From assembly GCA_963718665.1 (NCBI GenBank), contig OY970359.1, positions 1,344,001-1,408,000 on the forward strand: a stretch of DNA of 64,000 nucleotides. Reading direction: 5' to 3'. Below are positions 49,134 through 58,874 of this stretch, one piece after another (position 1 is the first letter of the stretch; the number at the start of each line of letters is the position of its first letter). Source of the stretch: an uncultured Phycisphaerales bacterium. GTDB taxonomy: Bacteria > Planctomycetota > Phycisphaerae > Sedimentisphaerales > Anaerobacaceae. A program made the position numbers and the translations under genes. A model generated the notes under the pieces. It searched no databases. It had not been told where the DNA came from and saw only the letters and a list, made by a program, of their open reading frames with translations.

Positions 49134-50969
49134 ATGCACGCATTAACGCTGATAATTGTAACTTTATTGCTTTTTGCCATGGCATACAGATTCTATGCCA
49201 AGTTCATCATCACCAAAGTCCTCGTATTCGACGCCAATCGCCCCACGCCTGCTCATACGCTTCGAGACAGGAAAGATTATGACCCCACAAACCGGTATGT
49301 TTTGTTCGGGCACCACTTCGCGGCCATAGCCGGCGCAGGCCCTCTTGTCGGCCCGGTTCTTGCTGCTCAATTCGGATACCTGCCGGGAGTCCTGTGGATA
49401 CTTATCGGCGCAACCCTCGGCGGCGCGGTTCATGATATGGTTATTCTCTTTGCCTCCGTCCGAATGAATGGCTTATCGCTTACGCAGTTAGCCAGAGAGC
49501 ATATCAGCCGACCGGCCGGCATTGCCACGGCGTTTGCGGTTCTGTTTGTCATAATTACCACTCTTTCCGGCCTTGCCCTCGTGGTGGTCAATGCGCTTAA
49601 CGAAAGCAGCTGGGCGACCTTTACCATAGTTGTAACGCTGCCGGCTGCGCTTCTTGTCGGCCTGTATATGTATAAAATTCGCCCCGGCAAAATAGTTGAG
49701 GCCTCCCTCGTCGGCGTTGTGATTGTGGTTCTCGGCGTCGTATTCGGCGAGCCGTTATCTCACACAAGCTTCGGCTCGCTGTTTGTTTTTTCCAAGCCGT
49801 CGCTGTCGATAATCCTGCCGGTTTATGGATTCATCGCCTCCGTGCTTCCCGTGTGGCTATTGTTGTGTCCCCGCGATTATCTCAGCTCATATATGAAAAT
49901 CGGCACAATCGGACTTCTTATCGTCGGCATATTCATTGTTAATCCGGTTATACGAATGCCCGCGCTTACGGAATATATCCACGGCGGCGGACCAATCATA
50001 CCCGGCAAGGTCTGGCCTTTCGTCTGTATTACAATCGCCTGCGGGGCCATCAGCGGCTTTCACTCACTTATAAGCTCGGGCACTACGCCCAAAATGATAA
50101 ACACCGAAGCTGACATCTGCTTTATCAGCTATGGGGCGATGCTGGCGGAATCGGTGATTTCGATTATGGCGATTATTGCTGCGACGGTGATGATTCCGGG
50201 CGATTATTTCGCGATAAACGTCTCGCCAGCGGTATTCGCCAAACTTGGGCTGGCTACCGAAAAGCTGGCTGATATCGAAAGAATGACGGGCGAATCGCTT
50301 GTCGGAAGGTCAGGCGGGGCGGTCTCGCTGGCGGCTGGTATGTCGCTGATTCTTTCTGCGATACCGGGAATGAAGCATCTGGTTGGTTACTGGTATCACT
50401 TCGCCATTATGTTCGAGGCGTTGTTTATTCTGACGACCGTTGACGCTGGGACACGCGTGGCAAGATACATCCTGCAGGAAATACTCAAGGTCGTTCACCC
50501 CAGATTAGGCAGCTCCACCTGGATGCCGGCGGTGCTGCTCAGCGGCGGCGCAATCAGTTTTCTCTGGGGATACCTCGTTTATCACGGCGACATATCCACC
50601 ATCTGGCCCCTGTTCGGCGTCGCAAACCAGCTTCTGGCGACGCTGGCGCTTTGCATAGGCACGGTTTTTATTCTCAGGCATTCCCGCGTGTGGGCTTATG
50701 GCCTCATCACGTTTATACCGGCGCTGTTTATGGCGGCGACCACCTTTGTCGCCGGTATAGATAATATCTTCAATAATTACCTGCCCAAGCATGACTTCCA
50801 GGGAAACCTCAAAGCCGTGATTTCGATTGTGATGCTTGTGCTTGTGGTAATTATTTTCTTTGAGGCGATGAGGAAAATCTGGGGATTCTGGAAGAACGGC
50901 TTACAAAACGCGACAGAGACCTCGCCGACCAACACCGCGGCTGGACCTTCTCTGGATATCCCGGATTAG
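49134..50969 (+). CDS. cstA: Carbon starvation protein A (peptide/pyruvate transporter family)
   Basis: LFGHHFAAIAGAGPLVGP, LPVWLLL.PRDYLS, ACGAISGFH, FEALFILTTVDAGTRV, IWPLFG.ANQ. Confidence 0.95.
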   Translation: MHALTLIIVTLLLFAMAYRFYAKFIITKVLVFDANRPTPAHTLRDRKDYDPTNRYVLFGHHFAAIAGAGPLVGPVLAAQFGYLPGVLWILIGATLGGAVHDMVILFASVRMNGLSLTQLAREHISRPAGIATAFAVLFVIITTLSGLALVVVNALNESSWATFTIVVTLPAALLVGLYMYKIRPGKIVEASLVGVVIVVLGVVFGEPLSHTSFGSLFVFSKPSLSIILPVYGFIASVLPVWLLLCPRDYLSSYMKIGTIGLLIVGIFIVNPVIRMPALTEYIHGGGPIIPGKVWPFVCITIACGAISGFHSLISSGTTPKMINTEADICFISYGAMLAESVISIMAIIAATVMIPGDYFAINVSPAVFAKLGLATEKLADIERMTGESLVGRSGGAVSLAAGMSLILSAIPGMKHLVGYWYHFAIMFEALFILTTVDAGTRVARYILQEILKVVHPRLGSSTWMPAVLLSGGAISFLWGYLVYHGDISTIWPLFGVANQLLATLALCIGTVFILRHSRVWAYGLITFIPALFMAATTFVAGIDNIFNNYLPKHDFQGNLKAVISIVMLVLVVIIFFEAMRKIWGFWKNGLQNATETSPTNTAAGPSLDIPD

Positions 50970-51066
50970 CCCTTCTCGAAAAAGACGACAAAACGTGGAG
51001 AACGATAAATGGCAGGCGTACCCATTATTGCCCTTGGATATGAACTTATTATGAAAGGTAACCGCT

Positions 51067-51393
51067 ATGTATAATCTGTTTAGTATGCACCCTGTTATAG
51101 AGGCCCTCGCAGACGATGCCGCAAGTGCTGAGAGTAAGGCTACATCGCTCGAATTGAGAGTCCGTATGCTTGAAGCCCATCTTACCAAGGCCATGATGAT
51201 TAACGAAACTTTGTGGGAAATCATGAAAGAAAAATTGAACCTTACTGATGACATTCTTGAAGACCAGCTCAGTAAGGTTGACCTTCGTGAAAGCACGTCA
51301 AAGGAATGTCCCAAATGCCACCATATGATTGCCCCGCATCACCCGATTTGTATCTATTGCGGTCAAGTCATTGATAACTCAATTTTTACATAA
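51067..51393 (+). CDS. Small hypothetical protein with C-terminal zinc ribbon
   Basis: Coiled coil, ETLWE, CPKC...CIYCG. Confidence 0.7.
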   Translation: MYNLFSMHPVIEALADDAASAESKATSLELRVRMLEAHLTKAMMINETLWEIMKEKLNLTDDILEDQLSKVDLRESTSKECPKCHHMIAPHHPICIYCGQVIDNSIFT

Positions 51394-51454
51394 GAAGATA
51401 AGGCAATAATGGGGACAGCTACCGTTCGTATCGAGTTGCGTAACCACAACCCGT

Positions 51455-52834
51455 TTAACGTTTACGCGGCGGGCGGTGCTTACCTTTGCCCTTGGGTTTT
51501 TTAACGGGTTCCTGCGTCGGTTCGGATTCCCTGTGTGACCGGACGAACAATCGAATAGGCACTTCGGCTACGGGCAGCAATTCACTTAATTGCCCAACGA
51601 CGAACCGGCGATAGCTCTCGTCGAAAAGGTTCGGCTTATTGACGAACATAAGGATTGTTACGGGATTGATGGCGACCTGTGTGGCATAATAGATTTTCGG
51701 TCTGCCGAGTTTCGCTCCGCCTGGCTGTGTTTCTTTTATAATCTCGAAGGCGCCGTTTAGCTTTGATGTCGATATCCATGTCGTCGCCTGCTTGAAAAGC
51801 TCGGCAGCCAAATCGAGGACGCTTTTGACGTTTTTGCCCTTGTTGGCGGTTGTGAAGGCAATCGGCGCGTGGCTCAAGCCGGGCAAAAGCTTTGTAAGGT
51901 AATCTTCATATTGGCCGGTATCTGCGACATCCTTCGCCAGGTCCCATTTGTTGACGACGATGATGCAGGCCCTGCTTTCTTCGGCGATTGCCTGTGCGAG
52001 TTTTTTGTCGGGCACCGATACGGGCGTGGTCGCGTCAATCATCAGCAACACCACGTCAGCCCTGCGAACCGAGCTTGTCGCGCGGACGAAACTGTAAAAT
52101 TCGATATTGTTGGCGAGCTTGCCTTTTTTCTTTACGCCGGGGGTATCGATAACGACGATTGTTTTGCCGTCTTTTTCGAACCGGATGTCAATCGCGTCGC
52201 GGGTTGTGCCGGGTTTTTCGCTGACAATAACTCTTGTGTCATCGACCATTGCGTTGACAATCGAGCTTTTGCCCGCGTTTCGTTTGCCGACGATTGCGAT
52301 TTTCATAACTGGTTCGACCGGCTTGGTCGATTCGAGATTTTTCACCCGGTCGAGAATTGCGTCCAACAGTTCCTCTTTGTTGACGTTGTTTTTGGCGGAG
52401 ATGCACATAAATTCGCCGAAGCCCAGTCGGCCGAATTCGCCCGCCTCCGGAAATTTGCTCGCGACATCGGCCTTATTCGCGACCCCCATCACCTTGAGAT
52501 TATGCTTGCGAAGAAGCCCCGCGATTATCTGGTCGAGAGCCATAATCCCTTCGCGGACATCGACCACAAACAGGACCAGGTCCGCCAAATCGATTGCCCG
52601 CTGGATTTGCCCGTGGACGTGGCTTTCGAGGTGGTCTGCGTCAACGATGCCGTAGCCGCCCGTATCGACAAGCTCGAAATATTTGCCGTCTTTTTCGATG
52701 ATTGTGCTGACGCGGTCGCGCGTAACGCCGGGCGTCGGCTCGACGATGCTTATCATTCTGCCCGCCAGCCAGTTAAATAAGCTGGATTTGCCCACGTTGG
52801 GCCTTCCAATTATCGCGACTACCGGTAATGACAT
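51455..52834 (-). CDS. der: Ribosome biogenesis GTPase Der (EngA)
   Basis: Two G domains: GRPNVGKS/DTGG/NKAD and GKRNAGKS/DTPG/NKWD. Confidence 0.96.
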   Translation of the reverse strand: MSLPVVAIIGRPNVGKSSLFNWLAGRMISIVEPTPGVTRDRVSTIIEKDGKYFELVDTGGYGIVDADHLESHVHGQIQRAIDLADLVLFVVDVREGIMALDQIIAGLLRKHNLKVMGVANKADVASKFPEAGEFGRLGFGEFMCISAKNNVNKEELLDAILDRVKNLESTKPVEPVMKIAIVGKRNAGKSSIVNAMVDDTRVIVSEKPGTTRDAIDIRFEKDGKTIVVIDTPGVKKKGKLANNIEFYSFVRATSSVRRADVVLLMIDATTPVSVPDKKLAQAIAEESRACIIVVNKWDLAKDVADTGQYEDYLTKLLPGLSHAPIAFTTANKGKNVKSVLDLAAELFKQATTWISTSKLNGAFEIIKETQPGGAKLGRPKIYYATQVAINPVTILMFVNKPNLFDESYRRFVVGQLSELLPVAEVPIRLFVRSHRESEPTQEPVKKPKGKGKHRPPRKR

Positions 52835-52960
52835 ATCTACTCGCTCAGTATAAACAAGAATCGGACTTGTGGAAACAAACGGGGGATTTATCCGCCGTTG
52901 TCGCGGATTATAACAGAAAACGCGGACGTTTACACCGAAGAAACCTTTTAGGAGTTTTCT

Positions 52961-55333
52961 TTATTGCAGACGGATTTCGAAGTCCTGCGTCGTTATCGTC
53001 TCAGCGCCAACCTGCAATTTTTTCCAGGTTGTTGTCTTGGCCGGGTCTTTTACCGTTACCTTATCGATTACGCTGGCCGTCAGTCCGAAGGGCGTGCCGT
53101 TATTGGAATACTTCGGAAATGCCAGGTAAGCGCTGCCGATATGTTTGGCCGTTACGTTGCTGTTTATTATGCCGAACGGCTCTCCGACAATACCTGTTAT
53201 TTTCAACGTTTTCAGAAGTCCGCTTGCGGCGGTGAAGTTGCAATCAGCAAGTTGGCCGGCGGTTATTGTGTTTGCGGATTTAACCTGCCAGCTTCCCGAC
53301 AACGTTGCATCAATACTCATCGGTTTATTGCCGATTGCCTTCAGTGTCCCGATATTACCCGTGATATTGGCGTCGAAACCTTGAGACGAACTTGCCGTCT
53401 CGATGGTCCCGCAGTTGCCGACAATATTCCAATTTGAATCACCAAGCTGGCCCGCAATATTCGCTTTATTTAATGATACGCCTTTTGGGCTGCCGGCGCC
53501 GCTAAGGTTCACATCTGCGCCGAAATCACCTGCTATACCGCTTACTGCGTTGCCGTCGATTGCCAGCGATGAAATCCAGGGCGCGCTTAACGAGCCGCTC
53601 TTCCACTCTGTCGCCTGCAATGTCTTAATCGGCGTTCCGCTTGTCAGGGCCAGGTTGTTTATCCGCCCGAGCTTCAGGGAGCAGGCGGCTTTCGTCGATA
53701 AGGAAGAGCCGATATTTATATTACTGCTGCCCGATATGTCATTGAGGGTAATCATAGCGCAGCTGCCGTTAATAGTAATGTCCCCGGTCAAATCGACGTT
53801 GCCGGCGTTTATTGCTTTGATTGGGCCGTCGGCCTCGATATTACCGACGCTTGTTTTGGCGTTAGGTTCCGGCGTGATAGTCAATACTGATTTCTCGGTG
53901 GTGCCGCTCAGGATAATATTCGCAAAACTACAGTCGCCCTGCACATTGCTGTCGCTTTCCACAACGGCGGACCCGCCGCCCGTCAGCGAGAATGTTACCA
54001 TGTTGTTGTTGCAGTCCGGGGCTTGCAGTTGATGATTTTTTAGTCCGCCGAGTGTGCCGAATCCTGTGGTTATATCAAATGCGGTATGACGCCTGCTGGC
54101 CTTGCCTACTTCTATTGCTATATCGTTGTCATTCTGAACCTGGTACCAGCGCCCGAAATCAAGCTCGGCAAACCATGTGCCGGGGTTAAGGTTTAAGGCA
54201 TTTGCCTCGACAGTATTTTCCCTGTAGTCCTGTTCTGTCAGGTTGCTGTCGGAAGGATTGTCGAAACCGAGCCGGATAGAATTCACATTCGAGTCGCTGC
54301 ATTTTGTCCAGGCAAATTGAAGTGGGCTTACCACGCCTTCGGTGTCCAGTGGGTATTTTATTTCAGGTCTTTGTGTCGGCTGTGCAATCGACCCCGGCTG
54401 GTCTGGAATCCCGAAATTAACTACTGTTTCATCCGGATTGTTGTCTGTATAGGTTATGTTGATTGTGTATCTGCCGTCCGGGTAACGATTCAGCCCATTG
54501 GCCTCGTAGAACCATTCCTGATATTGCCAGTAAGTTATCCCATTCTGTGTATTGCGTGCCCCTGTGATGTGTCTTGAGGGGTCTTGGTTGCCGTCCGGGT
54601 AAGTGAGGCCGTCCGGCGTTGTGAAGCTTATATCGGAGATCGTACTGTCTGTCTCGATAGCAAAGCGAAAGTCATACGTTTCGCCTATCCTGCCGTCCTT
54701 GAGCCAGTTCGTGCAAAATACGCTAAGGTCATTTGTGTCAACCGAACCGTCTTTGTTAGCAGGGGAGATATCCGCCCTCATATCGCTTCCGGTTTGTCCC
54801 CACTGCTGGGCAAAAATGGCAAAGTCAACGAAATCGACGAAGCCGTCGCAGTCCAAATCGCCTGCCAGTCCAAGGCCGTCGCAATTCCCGGTTACGGCGT
54901 TTTCATCGCTTGCGCCGGGGATATAGTCGATGCCCTCCTCTATTTTTATAAATTGGATATGCCTGGTGGGGACGTCCTGCGCGGTCAAATTGATGTATTT
55001 CGGCGAATTAACGTCCGCGGCGTTTACTATTCCTATCTGCCCGGTTACAGTCGTCCCATGCGGCATTACATTAAAATCAGCAGTAACCGTGCATATCCCT
55101 GCCGCCCCGCGGGAGGTCCCGCTGGCCGGAGTGATCTGGAAGTACGTTGACCCCTGGATGACGAATAAGTAGTAATACAGCGTGCCGTTTCCGCTATTCC
55201 AAACCTTGAAGGTCTTTGACGTGCTGTCCTTATCGAAGACGATTTCCCCTGTGCTCACGCCTATCGAAGCTTTAGCCAGCACTATCGCCGAAGACGCAAG
55301 GATAACGCTCAAAATGACCGCAGTCGTTTTCGT
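52961..55333 (-). CDS. Large secreted protein: N-terminal Ig/BACON-like domain, dockerin/EF-hand-like duplicate, repetitive beta-rich C-terminus
   Basis: GDLDCDGFVDFVDFAIFAQQW...DISPANKDGSVDTNDLSVFCTNWL; signal peptide is complete only from ACG at 55333 (track start 55312). Confidence 0.75.
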   Translation of the reverse strand, partial: TKTTAVILSVILASSAIVLAKASIGVSTGEIVFDKDSTSKTFKVWNSGNGTLYYYLFVIQGSTYFQITPASGTSRGAAGICTVTADFNVMPHGTTVTGQIGIVNAADVNSPKYINLTAQDVPTRHIQFIKIEEGIDYIPGASDENAVTGNCDGLGLAGDLDCDGFVDFVDFAIFAQQWGQTGSDMRADISPANKDGSVDTNDLSVFCTNWLKDGRIGETYDFRFAIETDSTISDISFTTPDGLTYPDGNQDPSRHITGARNTQNGITYWQYQEWFYEANGLNRYPDGRYTINITYTDNNPDETVVNFGIPDQPGSIAQPTQRPEIKYPLDTEGVVSPLQFAWTKCSDSNVNSIRLGFDNPSDSNLTEQDYRENTVEANALNLNPGTWFAELDFGRWYQVQNDNDIAIEVGKASRRHTAFDITTGFGTLGGLKNHQLQAPDCNNNMVTFSLTGGGSAVVESDSNVQGDCSFANIILSGTTEKSVLTITPEPNAKTSVGNIEADGPIKAINAGNVDLTGDITINGSCAMITLNDISGSSNINIGSSLSTKAACSLKLGRINNLALTSGTPIKTLQATEWKSGSLSAPWISSLAIDGNAVSGIAGDFGADVNLSGAGSPKGVSLNKANIAGQLGDSNWNIVGNCGTIETASSSQGFDANITGNIGTLKAIGNKPMSIDATLSGSWQVKSANTITAGQLADCNFTAASGLLKTLKITGIVGEPFGIINSNVTAKHIGSAYLAFPKYSNNGTPFGLTASVIDKVTVKDPAKTTTWKKLQVGAETITTQDFEIRLQ

Positions 55334-55520
55334 GTTTTTCTCCTTCCGATTTAACTAATCAAGTGCAAAACAGCCCTTTACCGCCTCCTTTCGGCTGTGT
55401 AGTATAAACGGGGAAATCCTTTTCATCTCCTTCTCTCGCACCTAAAAGCCCGATACGAGATTTAAGTTATTGTATCTAATGACGCAGGAAAAGTCAAGGC
55501 AAAAAGGGGGTTTTGTGGGA

Positions 55521-55754
55521 TTAGGCGCCCTTCAATGGGCTTGTTTCCGTGAATTCGAACACCTGCTCTATGCCTACCCCGAATGCTTTAGCGATGCGGA
55601 AGGCCAAAGGCAGCGAAGGCGCGTATTTGCCCTGTTCCATCGCGATTATCGTCTGTCGGGTTACGCCCGCGAGGTCGGCCAATTGCTGCTGGGTCATTTC
55701 GCCTTTTTCAAATCGCAGCCGGCGAATGTTGTTTTTCAGTTCATTTGTCTCCAT
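55521..55754 (-). CDS. XRE-family helix-turn-helix transcriptional regulator
   Basis: NNIRRLR...[36 protein letters not shown]. Confidence 0.92.
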   Translation of the reverse strand: METNELKNNIRRLRFEKGEMTQQQLADLAGVTRQTIIAMEQGKYAPSLPLAFRIAKAFGVGIEQVFEFTETSPLKGA

Positions 55755-56190
55755 CGCCCCTCCTGAAAAAGTATTGAGCCAGAACCGCTGTCGAATAGAT
55801 CATCATAAGGATTAATAGAGCGCCAAAGATAATAAGCGGAAGCGACCAAGCAGGGACGCAGCCATCGTCGCCGAAAATAGTTTGCGGGATTACGCTGACG
55901 GCAGGGAGCACTATCCAGGCCGATATAAAGGCAGCCATTGCCGCCCTGGTTGTAATCAGCTTATCGCGTTCGTCGGCCTCTGGTTCTTTAGGGCTTTGTC
56001 GCTTTAACGACCAGACAATCAGTGAACCATACAGCAGAAACAAAAGAATCAAAACTGTCAGCTTCAGGAACCGACCGCCTTCGGGTGTCTTCTTTAGGAC
56101 AAAAAGCTGAAAAAATATGTAGGCAAGCATTGCGAGAGTTAATAATACTACCACCAGATGGCACAGCGCCGTTTTTTGAGTTCTATTCAT
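55741..56190 (-). CDS. 4-TM membrane protein, DUF2178-like (paralog 3)
   Basis: MNRTQK..., loop motif DERD, four hydrophobic segments, ..AQY. Confidence 0.75.
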   Translation of the reverse strand: MNRTQKTALCHLVVVLLTLAMLAYIFFQLFVLKKTPEGGRFLKLTVLILLFLLYGSLIVWSLKRQSPKEPEADERDKLITTRAAMAAFISAWIVLPAVSVIPQTIFGDDGCVPAWSLPLIIFGALLILMMIYSTAVLAQYFFRRGDGDK

Positions 56191-56644
56191 TTTCTTTTGC
56201 CCTCCAGCCGTACTGAATCAGTACCGCAACGGAATAAACAAGAACAATAAGAATGGCGGCGCCACTGAAGCACAAAGGTAAGATATAAAAAGGAATAGTT
56301 TTAAGGCCTATGGTGCTTGGAATAACTATAGATCCTATTGTAAAAACCGTGCAGAGCGCATAAAACACATATAACAGGGCTCTGTAATGGACTAACTGAT
56401 CCCGTTCGTCATAGGGATAAATTCCCTTCCATTGTTTAGGTTTGCGAACAACATGTAAAGCATTCATGCCCAGAGGCAAAAAAATGGCCATTGTGCAAGG
56501 TGCAAAAACTTGTGTGGCCAATGTTATAGAAAATGGTATTCCGTGAACTTTTACACACATAAGGATTGTCAAGACGGTCAGGAGAGGACAAACCACGAAG
56601 ATCATAAATAAACTGAACCATGCTTGTTTTTGTAATTTCGTCAT
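56183..56644 (-). CDS. 4-TM membrane protein, DUF2178-like (paralog 2)
   Basis: MTKLQKQAWFSL, YDERD, ..IQYGW. Confidence 0.75.
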   Translation of the reverse strand: MTKLQKQAWFSLFMIFVVCPLLTVLTILMCVKVHGIPFSITLATQVFAPCTMAIFLPLGMNALHVVRKPKQWKGIYPYDERDQLVHYRALLYVFYALCTVFTIGSIVIPSTIGLKTIPFYILPLCFSGAAILIVLVYSVAVLIQYGWRAKENE

Positions 56645-57075
56645 GATCTTTCTCCTTTCCAGCCGTATTCATTGAGGATTACTATCGATTGCAGGAGCAT
56701 CACAACGAACATCCCGCCAAATACCATCCACGGCAGATAGTTGGTTGTGATGGTACCATTCGGCCCGATGATGAACCACGGAACCATCGCCGCCGCAACG
56801 AACAGCAGCCAGAAGATAGAGTATGCAACAATCACGGCTTTGCGTTGAATTGCTGTGTCGCGTTCATCGAACTGCACCTTGTTTTTATCCTTCCTGAATA
56901 AAACAGGGCTCAAACCACAAAAGCCCATAATCCCTATGAACCCGAAACCAGCAGCCGCATGACGAGCGGGCGCCCCAAAAACAAAGTAGCCGATACTAAA
57001 TGCAATCACGCTCAGCCCCAGGGCGAGGGAAATCACGATTAGATTAAACCATGCTATTTTCTGCATTCTGTTCAT
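56641..57075 (-). CDS. 4-TM membrane protein, DUF2178-like (paralog 1)
   Basis: MNRMQKIAWFNL, FDERD, ..NEYGW; AAGGAG RBS. Confidence 0.78.
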   Translation of the reverse strand: MNRMQKIAWFNLIVISLALGLSVIAFSIGYFVFGAPARHAAAGFGFIGIMGFCGLSPVLFRKDKNKVQFDERDTAIQRKAVIVAYSIFWLLFVAAAMVPWFIIGPNGTITTNYLPWMVFGGMFVVMLLQSIVILNEYGWKGERS

Positions 57076-57094
57076 ACCTGATTCTCCTTAAATA

Positions 57095-57142
57095 TGTAAC
57101 ATATATCGTACATAATGTAAGATAAACATTACACTATGTCAA
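57095..57142 (-). promoter_or_regulatory. Promoter TTGACA-N17-TACATT overlapped by two TGTAA-N8-(T/G)TACA operators
   Basis: -35 at 57142-57137, -10 at 57119-57114; palindromes tgtaagataaacattaca (57116-57133) and tgtaacatatatcgtaca (57095-57112). Confidence 0.7.
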
Positions 57143-57250
57143 GGCAATTTTACAATTTTTGCAAAAATTTTTCGCACAGGGTAACAGGGGAGGCATTTTA
57201 GGGTTATTTAACACTGGGCAATTTGAGAGGGGTTTTCCGATATATGGGAT

Positions 57251-57967
57251 ATGCAGCTAACAACATCACAGACAAAGGTATGCCCATTTTGTGCCGAGAC
57301 GATACTGGCGGCGGCGATTAAGTGCCGGCATTGCGGCGAGTTTCTCAATACCGCGCGTGCAAAGGCGATGCTGACTCAGCCCGGCGGGCAGGGCGGTTCA
57401 GGCGATTCCCAGCAAACCGAGGGCGAGGATGCATCGAAAGAGCAGCCGAACAAGGTAGTTTACTCGGGCAACCCGACTTTGTGGGTGATGACAGGGGATT
57501 TTGTCAAAGGCGGGGCAATACTGCTTGCGGCGATTCTGATAATTGCCTGGCATATCGAAAGCATTTCCTGGCTGCACCTTTCCTTTCACAGCATGGCGGT
57601 TGTCGGCAAGTACCGGGTGCTGCTGGGGCTGGGCGTGATTTTTGTCGTTGGCCTGATTCTTTTTTACAAGGCGTGGAAAATCAGGATGACTCATTACGAG
57701 GTCAGCCCCGACCGGATTGAATACGGCGAAGGCATATTTGACCGCAAAATTGATAATCTCGATATGTTCCGCGTGGTCGATATCAAGCTCCGCAGGAATG
57801 CCCTCGATTTGGTTGTCGGCGTGGGGACGGTGTTATTGACGACAACGGACAAGAGCCATCCGGAGTTTGAGTTCAAAAAAATCAAAAATTCCCGCGAGCT
57901 TTACGACACCATCAAAAAGGCGAGTCTTTCCGCCGACCGCAGAACAAATGTAGTTCACATGGAATAA
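57251..57967 (+). CDS. Zinc-ribbon + 2TM + bacterial PH domain protein
   Basis: CPFCAE...IKCRHCGE; Y.V..DRI....GIF.R....L.M.RV.DI...G.GTV...T.D.S.P. Confidence 0.8.
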   Translation: MQLTTSQTKVCPFCAETILAAAIKCRHCGEFLNTARAKAMLTQPGGQGGSGDSQQTEGEDASKEQPNKVVYSGNPTLWVMTGDFVKGGAILLAAILIIAWHIESISWLHLSFHSMAVVGKYRVLLGLGVIFVVGLILFYKAWKIRMTHYEVSPDRIEYGEGIFDRKIDNLDMFRVVDIKLRRNALDLVVGVGTVLLTTTDKSHPEFEFKKIKNSRELYDTIKKASLSADRRTNVVHME

Positions 57968-58149
57968 CCTTTAGCCCAAGAGGGCTGAGGAAAGGATTAG
58001 TCGCATTTCTCCCAACCGCGGGGCAAAAAAATCTAATGGAATGGTGCCCATAGACAAAGTCACATTTTTTGTTTATAATAATCGCCCGGGTTTCGAGTAG
58101 CGTAGAAACAGGAAACAATAAATGGACAATAACGAAGGAGGCAAAGAGC

Positions 58150-58836
58150 ATGAACGTGAATTTGATGAGCCGTATCAGGATTAGTGGTTTTATATGTCTT
58201 GCTATAACGCTGGGGCTGGCCGGCATAAGCTATGCGGGTTTGCCCCAGGTGATAGGCAACTGGGAAGACAGCAATGATGGCTGGGCGGTGCATTCTGAAG
58301 CTGCCGATGGAACGACTGCGAAGGCAGTCCGGGAAAACGCGACGTTAGGCAATTATAGTTACAAGGTGTTTGTGCCTTCCGGCTGGCAGAAAACAATAGT
58401 GCGGGATTTGTCGGGCGATGCGAATCTGCTGGCGGCCCTCGGCAAAGCCACACAGTTAAAGGTAGATGTAACTTTGAAAGCCAAGGAGTGGAACATCGGC
58501 ACCGGCTGGGTCAAGCCAATCGAATGTATCGTGATACAGGATGATTTTGGCGGTTGGCAGCAAATAGACCCGGCGGCAAGCCAGGAAGATACTTCGTGGA
58601 ACGGTTCAGCCGATAAAACGGTTACGGTCACTTTTGATATTCCTCCTCAAACCCCGCCGGACCTGACACACGGAAGCGTCACTATCATTACAAACTATGA
58701 TGGCGTGACCACTGCCGGCAATTTCTATTTCGACAACGTGCGATTGTTAGGAGCGAGCGAGCCGAATCAGCCCAAAGAAGCCGTTAAGGCCGTCGAACCA
58801 AATAAACCTAAAGAGCCGAATAAACCGGCAAAGTAA
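58150..58836 (+). CDS. Secreted protein, carbohydrate-binding-module-like, with EPN-repeat tail
   Basis: AAGGAGG RBS, signal peptide, IGNWE...DGW start and FYFDNVRL end typical of beta-sandwich CBM-like folds. Confidence 0.7.
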   Translation: MNVNLMSRIRISGFICLAITLGLAGISYAGLPQVIGNWEDSNDGWAVHSEAADGTTAKAVRENATLGNYSYKVFVPSGWQKTIVRDLSGDANLLAALGKATQLKVDVTLKAKEWNIGTGWVKPIECIVIQDDFGGWQQIDPAASQEDTSWNGSADKTVTVTFDIPPQTPPDLTHGSVTIITNYDGVTTAGNFYFDNVRLLGASEPNQPKEAVKAVEPNKPKEPNKPAK

Positions 58837-58874
58837 AAAAGAATACAAGGACACAAAAACACAGGTGCACAAGC

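Noticed and set aside
55355..55357. Pyrrolysine or programmed amber readthrough at the in-frame TAG
   Set aside because: No pyl genes in the window, and the SD-ACG plus signal peptide downstream explains the gene start more simply.
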